Positions 43,109 through 50,513 of a stretch of 50,513 nucleotides of DNA are shown here, piece by piece. Every line of letters begins with the position of its first letter. Within the stretch, counting starts at the first letter, position 1. Source of the stretch: an uncultured Bacilli bacterium (GTDB lineage: Bacteria > Bacillota_I > Bacilli_A > RF39 > UBA660); assembly GCA_905235065.1 (NCBI GenBank), contig CAJOJR010000014.1, positions 1 through 50,513 on the forward strand, read 5' to 3'. Below the pieces are notes generated by a model. That model was not told the DNA's origin, did not search any database, and saw only the letters and a list, made by a program, of their open reading frames with translations. A program made the position numbers and the translations under genes.

Positions 43109-43936
43109 ATGAAAAAGAATTATTATGATGAAAAGGTGTATTTAAAAAAAGATAAAGAAGTTTATGATTTTTTTGAAGAGCGTAAAAAAGAACATAGTTT
43201 TGATTATTTAGAAGAAGCTCGTTTATATAAAGATATTTTTAAAGAATATTATAAATTTGAACAAAAAATTGTTGAACTATTAAAGAGTTTGAACTTATCT
43301 TCAACTCTTGAATATTCTATTGCTTTATCATATTTAATAAGAAAAGGATATTTATCTAAAGATTTAAACTTTGAAAAGAAATCACCTATTCCTGAGATTG
43401 AAACTAATTGTGCCATTAATATTGTAAATGGCAAAGGTGTATGCAGAAATTTTTCAGACATGCATTTTGGTGTTATGTCAAGAATGAATGAATATAGTAA
43501 AAGATTCTATTGTACAAATTCTTTTTCAATGATAAAAGCAAGAAAAAATGAAGCAAATCACGTTTTAAATTTAATAGAGTATGAAAATGTATTATATGGT
43601 ATAGATTTATGTAATAAGGCTAGATTATTTAAATTTAGTAACGAATTTATATTAAAAGAAATTTCATTTGATACTAATAAAAAATATAGATATAAGCCAT
43701 ATTTTGAGATGGTTTCAGAATATAGTGCATTTGAACAAATAGATAAAAATTTAAAGATATTTAAAGAAGATAGTAAAAAACCACATATTTCAGCAGTTCA
43801 ATATTATGAAGATATTTTACCTCAAGTTTTAGGATATTTATACTCTCAAAAAGATACTTTTATGGATTTTCATAATGAAACAAAAGAACTTAAAAATAAC
43901 ATAAGCGAAGAGATGGCAAGAAAATTAACAAAATAA
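43109..43936 (+). CDS. Putative transglutaminase-like / papain-fold Cys-His-Asp protein
   Basis: GKGVCRNFS ... ANHVLNLI ... YGID spacing typical of a transglutaminase-like triad. Confidence 0.6.
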   Translation: MKKNYYDEKVYLKKDKEVYDFFEERKKEHSFDYLEEARLYKDIFKEYYKFEQKIVELLKSLNLSSTLEYSIALSYLIRKGYLSKDLNFEKKSPIPEIETNCAINIVNGKGVCRNFSDMHFGVMSRMNEYSKRFYCTNSFSMIKARKNEANHVLNLIEYENVLYGIDLCNKARLFKFSNEFILKEISFDTNKKYRYKPYFEMVSEYSAFEQIDKNLKIFKEDSKKPHISAVQYYEDILPQVLGYLYSQKDTFMDFHNETKELKNNISEEMARKLTK

Positions 43937-43958
43937 AAGAGTAAGTTTTACTCTTTTA
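43934..43958. terminator. Bidirectional terminator
   Basis: taaaagagtaa-gtt-ttactctttta. Confidence 0.8.
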
Positions 43959-44327
43959 TTTTGCTTCTTTATTTTTATAATTTATTCCAAACATGCCACC
44001 TATAGTTGAAGATAAAAGAAGTATCAAAAAATATATTACAATATTTAATTTAGGATTTGTTCCAAGTATAAAAGCTAAAAATAAGAATAGTATTATATTA
44101 AATCCTCCAACAATAAGACCATTTATATATCCTTTTTTATTGCTTCTTAAAGCGGACATAAAACCCACCATCATAAAAAGCAATATAGTCACTATGAAAC
44201 TAATTAAAGAAACTGTTTTATAATTAACTATATTAAAATAATTAAGTGTTGTTATTATGATTAAATAAGAAAGCAACGTAATATAAAAATAAATAATAGG
44301 TTTAATATATTTCTTTATTTTTTCCAT
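43956..44327 (-). CDS. TIGR04086/YrzE-like four-TM membrane protein
   Basis: GFMS...KKGYINGLIVG...IGGMFGIN; Bacillus yrzE-yrbG-spoVB arrangement. Confidence 0.75.
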   Translation of the reverse strand: MEKIKKYIKPIIYFYITLLSYLIIITTLNYFNIVNYKTVSLISFIVTILLFMMVGFMSALRSNKKGYINGLIVGGFNIILFLFLAFILGTNPKLNIVIYFLILLLSSTIGGMFGINYKNKEAK

Positions 44328-44399
44328 AAAACCTCCATAGTTAAATTTATTCTTGTTTAAAAATTATATGACTTATCCATAATAAAATTAGGTGATATT

Positions 44400-45047
44400 A
44401 TGGATTTTTTAATTGTTATATATAGAACAGTATTCTTTTATATATTTATTATTTTTGTATTTAGATTAATGGGTAAAAGAGAAATAGGCCAGCTTAGTAT
44501 ACAAGATTTAGTTATAAGTATAATTATGTCAGAGTTAGTTGCGATGAGCATTGAAAATAGAAATGATTCTATGCTTTTAACAGTTATACCAGTTGTTATA
44601 TTGGTTATACTAGAAATGTTATTTTCGTATATATCTTTAAAATCAAATAAATTTAGAAATGTATTAGAGGGTAAACCATCATTAATAATTTCACAAGGAA
44701 AGATTAATTTTAATGAAATGGTAAAAGAAAGATATACTTTAGATGATTTGTTACTAGAACTTAGAAGTAAAGGTATAAAGAATATTGAAGATATAGAATA
44801 TGCAGTATTAGAAAGCGATGGAAGATTATCTATATTTAAATACAATTTTTTAAAATTAAAATCATCAAATCCACTTCCTTTAATACTAGATGGCATTATT
44901 CAAAAAGACACTTTAAAATATCTTAAAAAAGACGAAAAATGGGTAAGTGAAATACTAAGTAAAAAAGGAGTGGATCAAAAAAATGTATTCTATGCTTTTT
45001 ATAAGGATAATGATACTTATATAATAAAAAGAACTAATCTAATTTAA
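44400..45047 (+). CDS. DUF421 (YetF/YrbG-like) membrane protein
   Basis: RLMGKREIGQLS, EGKPSLII..G, LRSKGI, AVLESDGRLS. Confidence 0.9.
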   Translation: MDFLIVIYRTVFFYIFIIFVFRLMGKREIGQLSIQDLVISIIMSELVAMSIENRNDSMLLTVIPVVILVILEMLFSYISLKSNKFRNVLEGKPSLIISQGKINFNEMVKERYTLDDLLLELRSKGIKNIEDIEYAVLESDGRLSIFKYNFLKLKSSNPLPLILDGIIQKDTLKYLKKDEKWVSEILSKKGVDQKNVFYAFYKDNDTYIIKRTNLI

Positions 45048-46344
45048 ATAGTTTTTTTGTTTCTTTATAATAAAGTGTAGTGGATGTTATTAGATTTAAA
45101 ATGATTGATATTACTAGAGAATACATTCCAATTTTTAAAAATGAAAATATTACTAAACTGATGGTTCTAACTATTTCACCAAAAACAGTAATCTTCATAA
45201 CAGTTTTAGCTTTTCCTAAGGCTTGTAATGAATTGTTTAGAGGTATCTCTATAAAATATAGTAATATAAAAGGAGCAAGTATTTTTATATAATTTATACC
45301 TTCAGCTGTATGAAATAGAAGATTTAAAAGTTTAGCTGGAAATATGTAAACTATTAGCGTTGATATAATTCCAATGGATAATGAAGTAAATACTATTTGT
45401 TTTATTCTTTTAACACATTTTCTATAATCTTTTAATGAATAATATTTAGATAATTCAGGTATTAAAGAAGTAGACATTGATTGAGTGAAAAAACTCGGAA
45501 GTAATAAAAGTGACATAGCGTATCCATTTATAATACCATATTCATTTATAATAAATGTTTTAGAATATCCTACATATGAAAGTATATTTGTAATAATAAT
45601 TGGTTCAAAGAAATAAAATAAAGAGCCAATTATTTTACTTGATGTTGATGGTATACTAATATTCATAACATCATTAATACTTTCTTTATCTATTTTGATA
45701 TCTTCTTTTTTAATTTTAATGCCCTTAGGTAAAAACAAAAGCATTACGATTATTGAAGATGTTTCACTTATAACATTTACGAGTATAATTATAGATATAG
45801 TTAGAGTTAAACTTATATTTATTAGTTTGGGTACAAATATTACAAGTAGTATTATTCTAACTATTTGTTCAACTATATTTGAAAGTATATATGGTCCCAT
45901 ATTCTGATGTCCCCAATAATATGATTTTATTATTGAAGAAAGTCCAATAAAAGGTAAAGTTAACCCTATACATATTATTGGATAATAAAGACTAGGTTCT
46001 TTTAATAAATATTTAGATAGAATAGGCGCAACTAGTATTATTAAAACTATTAATCCAATATTGATTAAGGTTGCAACGGGTATTATAGAAAACATTATTT
46101 TCCTTGTGCTTCTATTCTTTTTAGCAATTAAAGAACTTATTGCAGTAGGATATGAAAATATTGCTAAAGTATTAAATATTGCCATTGAAGGACCTAATAA
46201 ACTATATATACCTATGCCAGTTGTTCCTATTTGTCTAGTTATTATTATTCTTAGAATAAAACCTAAAAATTTTGATAAAAAACCTCCAAACAATAAAATT
46301 ATGGTAGATTTTAAAAATTTATTATTTGATATTTTATTAATCAT
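45034..46344 (-). CDS. SpoVB-like MOP-family flippase / polysaccharide export protein
   Basis: LSKFLGF..RI..TR.IG..GIG.Y, SNIVEQIVR, LIPELS, LQALGK. Confidence 0.8.
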   Translation of the reverse strand: MINKISNNKFLKSTIILLFGGFLSKFLGFILRIIITRQIGTTGIGIYSLLGPSMAIFNTLAIFSYPTAISSLIAKKNRSTRKIMFSIIPVATLINIGLIVLIILVAPILSKYLLKEPSLYYPIICIGLTLPFIGLSSIIKSYYWGHQNMGPYILSNIVEQIVRIILLVIFVPKLINISLTLTISIIILVNVISETSSIIVMLLFLPKGIKIKKEDIKIDKESINDVMNISIPSTSSKIIGSLFYFFEPIIITNILSYVGYSKTFIINEYGIINGYAMSLLLLPSFFTQSMSTSLIPELSKYYSLKDYRKCVKRIKQIVFTSLSIGIISTLIVYIFPAKLLNLLFHTAEGINYIKILAPFILLYFIEIPLNNSLQALGKAKTVMKITVFGEIVRTISLVIFSFLKIGMYSLVISIILNLITSTTLYYKETKKLFKLD

Positions 46345-46433
46345 ATTTAAATATATGATTATTTTTTAATTTTATAATATTGAATATAATTAATTATTGT
46401 GATATTATAAACGTTAAAAGAAAAGGAGATTTT

Positions 46434-46862
46434 ATGAGAGATTATAGTGTTAAAATACCAAATATAGAGTATGAGGAAGATTTAAATAATTTAAAAAATA
46501 ACTTTTATAAAGTATTTGTAATTGATGAATGCTTTGAAAGATTATTACATAAAACTTCTGATGGGCAACTTCAATATATATTGGATGTTGAAACTTGTTA
46601 TCATACGCCATATCAACACAAAAAAGTTACTAAAAATATCAAACCCGAAGAATTATTTGATGTAATTGAAAAAGAATACCAAAAAGTTTTAAGTCCAACT
46701 AAAATAAAACGTGATTATAAAACATATTTAGCTTTTGAGAAAGACGAATTAAGAAGATTAGAGAGAAATTATTATAAGTATTTTGAAAATCATGAAGAAG
46801 ATGAAGAAGAAGTTGCTGAAGGTTTAGAAAGAGTATATAGTCTAGTAAGAAAAAACAAGTAA
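46434..46862 (+). CDS. Orphan protein with an acidic C-terminus
   Basis: AAGGAG RBS before ATG 46434; terminator 46850-46881. Confidence 0.7.
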   Translation: MRDYSVKIPNIEYEEDLNNLKNNFYKVFVIDECFERLLHKTSDGQLQYILDVETCYHTPYQHKKVTKNIKPEELFDVIEKEYQKVLSPTKIKRDYKTYLAFEKDELRRLERNYYKYFENHEEDEEEVAEGLERVYSLVRKNK

Positions 46863-46879
46863 TAGTTTCACTTGTTTTT

Positions 46880-47531
46880 TTATAACTTTCTTATTAAAGT
46901 TTTTGATCTTTCATATTTTTTTCTTCTAGATTATCATTTTGAAGATTCATGTTATTTGTCTTAACTGTTAGTTCTTTTTCTTGTTTATATAACTCTTCTT
47001 GTAATTTTTTTGTTCATCAATTTTTTGTTTTATCTCATTATAATTTTTACAATCTTTTGTTTCTTTTAAAAGACTAAAGGATCGCCATAATATTTTGTAC
47101 CATCTTCCATTAATTTATTTAAATGTTCTTCAATTAAATTAACTTGTGTAAATTTTGATAAATCTTCTGCAGAACCAGTGGCTTTTAAAATATTATAATC
47201 TTTATTTACTTTTTCGTACCATATCTTTCCGGTACTGTTATATACTTCTAAAGTTGATGTAGTAGGAGCGGTTAATTTCAAATCTCTATCAATATCTATT
47301 CTAATCGCTCTAAATACTGAAGGTTTTTTACTATATTCTTTTTTTTCTTCATCAGTCATTTCTTTCAAAACATCCAGGATACTCAAATCTGTTAAAATAT
47401 GTTCTCTTGAATTATTATATTCAATCATATTTTTAAACGTTTCTAGAACATTTAAAGTTGAGTACCAATAACCAATACTCAAAAGAAGAAATTATAACTA
47501 TAATAAATAAAATGATCAAGAATAATATCAT
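46880..47531 (-). pseudogene. Orphan TM-anchored coiled-coil gene broken by several homopolymer indels (core ORF 47066-47482)
   Basis: MILFLIILFIIVIIS from ATG 47531 is out of frame with SIGYWYST. After GDPLVF, successive shifted frames read LKETKDCKNYNEIKQKIDEQ / LQEELYKQEKEL...NLEEK / YERSKTLIRKL*. Confidence 0.55.
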
Positions 47532-47549
47532 TGTAAAAGAATAGTTTAC

Positions 47550-47578
47550 TTGACACATTCTTTAAAAAGTGATAAAAT
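47550..47578 (+). promoter_or_regulatory. Sigma-A promoter of the asnS leader
   Basis: TTGACA-N17-TAAAAT with an extended TG. Confidence 0.85.
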
Positions 47579-47587
47579 TTTTTCGTA

Positions 47588-47815
47588 AATCGATGAAGAA
47601 GAGAAGTAAGGTTTAATTCTACTTATAGAGAGTCACTGACGATGGAAAAGTGATAGTAAGGTAAACTTGAATAACACTTTTGAGTGCTTTTTTGAAATTA
47701 GTAGGGAAAGCCGTATGGATGCGTTAAATCTTAGAGAGATCTATTTTAGATAAATAGGGTGGTACCACGGAAAATAGCAGTATTTCGTCCCTTTGGGATA
47801 ATGCTGTTTTTATTT
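47588..47815 (+). ncRNA. T-box riboswitch (Asn specifier)
   Basis: AGAGAG and GATGGAA stem I motifs; GAA-t-AAC specifier at 47673-47675; T-box AGGGTGGTACCACGG at ~47756-47770; terminator aaaatagcagt...atgctgttttt. Confidence 0.93.
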
Positions 47816-47834
47816 TATAGAAAAGAGGGATATT

Positions 47835-49217
47835 ATGGATTACATTTATTTAAGTGATTTATTTTCAAATGTTATTGAATTAAAAGGAAAAGATATTAAG
47901 TTAAAGGGATGGATTAAAAATCATAGAAAGCAAAAAGAATTTGGTTTCATTTATTTTTCTGATGGAACCTGCTTCAAACAATTACAGTTGGTTTATGATA
48001 AAGAACTTAAAAACTTTGAAGAAATTCAAAAAATTAAGATAGGGAGTGCTATAGAAGTTATTGGAGAATTGATTGAGTCTCAAGGCGGTGGACAAGAATA
48101 TGAATTAAAAGTTAAAGAACTTAAATTACACGGAGATTGTACAGATGATTATCCAATTCAACCCAAACAACATTCTATGGAATTTTTAAGGGAACAATCT
48201 TATTTAAGGCTCAGAACAAATACATTCCAAGCTGTATTTAGAATACGTAGTGTTGCTTCAATGGCAATACATGAATTTTTTCAATCTAGAGGATTTATTT
48301 ATGCACACACTCCAATATTTACTGCAAGCGACTGTGAAGGTGCCGGTGAAATGTTTAGGGTCACAACCCAAGATTTAAATAAGATTGTTAAAACCGGAAA
48401 GGTTGAAAATGAAAAAGAATACTTTGGAAAACCGGTTGGGTTAACTGTGTCTGGTCAATTTGAAGGTGAAGCTTTTGCTCAAGCATTTAGTAAGATTTAT
48501 ACATTTGGGCCAACCTTTAGAGCAGACCCATCTCATACTCCACTTCATATAGCTGAATTTTGGCAAATTGAACCCGAAGTTGCATTTTGTGATTTAGAAG
48601 GTATCATGGATATATCTGAAGACTTTATGAAGTTTATTATTAAATATACATTAGATAGGTGCCCAGATGAGTTTAAATTCTTAGATAAATTTGTAGAAAA
48701 TGGATTAATTGAAAAATTAATTAAAGTTATCTCTAATAAATTTGTAAGAGCAACGTATAAAGAATGTATTGAGATTCTTCAAAAAGCTGATATCAAATTT
48801 CAATTTAAACCTGAATATGGAGAAGATTTAGCTAAAGAACATGAAAGATATATAACAGATTATTTCAAATGTCCGGTATTTATTACTTATTGGCCACAAA
48901 AGGTTAAAAAATGTTTCTATATGAAACAAATGGATGATGGTACTGTAGCAAATGCTGATCTTGAAATGCCTGGTATTGGTGAAACTTATGGTATGAGTCA
49001 AAGAGAAGATGATTTTGATAAATTAGATAAATACATTACTGAATTAGGAATGGACAAATCAGAATATATATGGTATATGAATTTAAGAAAATATGGTACC
49101 ACTACACATTCTGGATTTGGAATGGGATTTGAAAGATTAATAATGTATATGACAGGTATGACAAATATTAGAGATGTAATTGCTTTTCCTAGAACACCAG
49201 GAAATTGTTTGTATTAG
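47835..49217 (+). CDS. asnS: Asparagine--tRNA ligase
   Basis: DCEGAGEMF, LTVSGQ, YTFGPTFRA, EFWQIEPE, HSGFGMGFER, FPRTP; the T-box AAC specifier agrees. Confidence 0.96.
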   Translation: MDYIYLSDLFSNVIELKGKDIKLKGWIKNHRKQKEFGFIYFSDGTCFKQLQLVYDKELKNFEEIQKIKIGSAIEVIGELIESQGGGQEYELKVKELKLHGDCTDDYPIQPKQHSMEFLREQSYLRLRTNTFQAVFRIRSVASMAIHEFFQSRGFIYAHTPIFTASDCEGAGEMFRVTTQDLNKIVKTGKVENEKEYFGKPVGLTVSGQFEGEAFAQAFSKIYTFGPTFRADPSHTPLHIAEFWQIEPEVAFCDLEGIMDISEDFMKFIIKYTLDRCPDEFKFLDKFVENGLIEKLIKVISNKFVRATYKECIEILQKADIKFQFKPEYGEDLAKEHERYITDYFKCPVFITYWPQKVKKCFYMKQMDDGTVANADLEMPGIGETYGMSQREDDFDKLDKYITELGMDKSEYIWYMNLRKYGTTTHSGFGMGFERLIMYMTGMTNIRDVIAFPRTPGNCLY

Positions 49218-49241
49218 CAAAAGGTAATCCTTTTGCTTTTT
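49216..49241 (+). terminator. Terminator after asnS
   Basis: agcaaaagg-taat-ccttttgct plus Ts. Confidence 0.85.
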
Positions 49242-49253
49242 ATATTATAAAAA

Positions 49254-49282
49254 TTGACTATTTTACATATAAAAGATATAAT
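49254..49282 (+). promoter_or_regulatory. Sigma-A promoter of hisS
   Basis: TTGACT-N17-TATAAT. Confidence 0.8.
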
Positions 49283-49305
49283 ATATGTAGTTTGGAAGTG
49301 ATAAT

Positions 49306-50513
49306 ATGATACAAAAACCAAAAGGTACTTTAGATCTATTTGGATTAGAAGGTAAAACTTACGAATATGTAATAAATTTTATGTCTTCTTTTTTAAATAT
49401 GTATAATTATAATTATGTAAAAATACCTACATTTGAATCAAGTGAATTATATAGAAGAGGAGTAGGGGAATCTAGTGATATTGTAAATAAAGAAATGTAT
49501 GATTTTCTTGACAAAAGTGATAGAAGTATGACTTTAAGACCAGAGTTTACTGCTGGTGTTGTTAGAATGCTTCTTGAAAATAAACTATACGCAAAAGAAA
49601 CTAATAAATTTTATTATTATGGTTCTGCGTTTAGATACGAAAGACCTCAAAGTGGAAGATATAGAGAATTTACTCAATTTGGTGTGGAAGCTTTTGGAAT
49701 TAAAAATCCATACTTTGATGCTGAAGTCATAAGCATAGCATACAAAATGCTTACTGATTTGGGCCTTAAAAATTTAGTAGTACAAATTAATAGTCTAGGT
49801 GATAATTCTTCAAGAGAAGCATATAAAAACGCTTTAAGAGAGTATTTTGAACCTAAACTTGATAATTTATGTGAAGATTGTAAAAATAGATTTAATACTA
49901 ATGTACTTAGAATACTTGATTGTAAAGTAGATAAAGATAACGAAATACTTAAAAATGCTCCTAAAACATTAGATTATTTATCTGATGAGAGTAAAGAATA
50001 TTTCAACACTTTAAAAACTGCTTTAAATGTATTAGAAGTTCCTTATGAAGAAAACACTTCATTAGTTAGAGGACTAGATTATTATACGGATACAGTATTT
50101 GAGATTGTATATAAAGATTCAGAACTTGGTAATGCATCAGTTGTGTGTGGTGGTGGAAGATATGACAATCTAGTTAATGAATTAGGTAACATAGATATAC
50201 CTGCAATTGGTTTTTCAATTGGTGTAGAAAGACTCGTATTATTATTAAATGAAGCTGGTGTAAAACCAGTTGATGAAAAAGTTGACATATATGTAATGAA
50301 TTTGGGACAAGATAAATATGCATACGAAATTGTAGATATGCTTAGAAACAGCGGATTTATTACAGAAACCGATTATCTAGGTAAATCAATGAAAGCTCAA
50401 TTTAAATTAGTTGATGACTTAAATCCAAATTATGTATTAATAATTGGTGAAGATGAAGCTAAAGGAAATTATATAACTGTTAAAGATAATTTAACAAAAG
50501 AAAATAAAAAAGT
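49306..50513 (+). CDS. hisS: Histidine--tRNA ligase (runs off the window; not in ORF track)
   Basis: MIQKPKGT, SDIVNKEMY, TLRPEFTA, FRYERPQSGRYREFTQFG, LVRGLDYY, GGGRYD. Confidence 0.97.
   Translation, partial: MIQKPKGTLDLFGLEGKTYEYVINFMSSFLNMYNYNYVKIPTFESSELYRRGVGESSDIVNKEMYDFLDKSDRSMTLRPEFTAGVVRMLLENKLYAKETNKFYYYGSAFRYERPQSGRYREFTQFGVEAFGIKNPYFDAEVISIAYKMLTDLGLKNLVVQINSLGDNSSREAYKNALREYFEPKLDNLCEDCKNRFNTNVLRILDCKVDKDNEILKNAPKTLDYLSDESKEYFNTLKTALNVLEVPYEENTSLVRGLDYYTDTVFEIVYKDSELGNASVVCGGGRYDNLVNELGNIDIPAIGFSIGVERLVLLLNEAGVKPVDEKVDIYVMNLGQDKYAYEIVDMLRNSGFITETDYLGKSMKAQFKLVDDLNPNYVLIIGEDEAKGNYITVKDNLTKENKK

Noticed and set aside
47835-50513. Functional link between asnS/hisS (Q-tRNA synthetases) and the expanded queA-tgt operon
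   Set aside because: They are 8 kb away, separately promoted, and hisS proximity is explained by ancestral Bacillus-type synteny.

Overview
This is a very AT-rich, genetic-code-11 chromosomal segment from a reduced low-GC Firmicute. Gene content and order suggest an RF39-like Bacilli lineage; this is an inference, not a database result. Most of the window is housekeeping: rpsB end, tsf, polC, ruvA-tdk-ruvB, rnc-smc, def, ftsW, tig, proS-comN-secDF-rel-dtd, mutS, rnhC, cvpA-trxA, queA...tgt, prs, T-box-asnS and hisS, with relics of Bacillus synteny and sporulation genes. Four things stand out. (1) An amidohydrolase, a COOH-NH2 amidoligase and a RimK-like ATP-grasp ligase sit tightly coupled between queA and tgt. 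(2) An 842-aa surface protein has a 40-Cys region with a nested, mirror-symmetric 'Russian-doll' hairpin architecture. (3) A C39 peptidase ABC exporter is followed by two unannotated double-glycine peptides, each with GxxxG and one C-terminal Cys. (4) Several unrelated orphan proteins share an acidic + K/R-x-L-x-K/R C-terminal tail. Several genes are split by small deletions, most likely assembly errors. No rRNA, tRNA, CRISPR array, IS element or prophage was seen.
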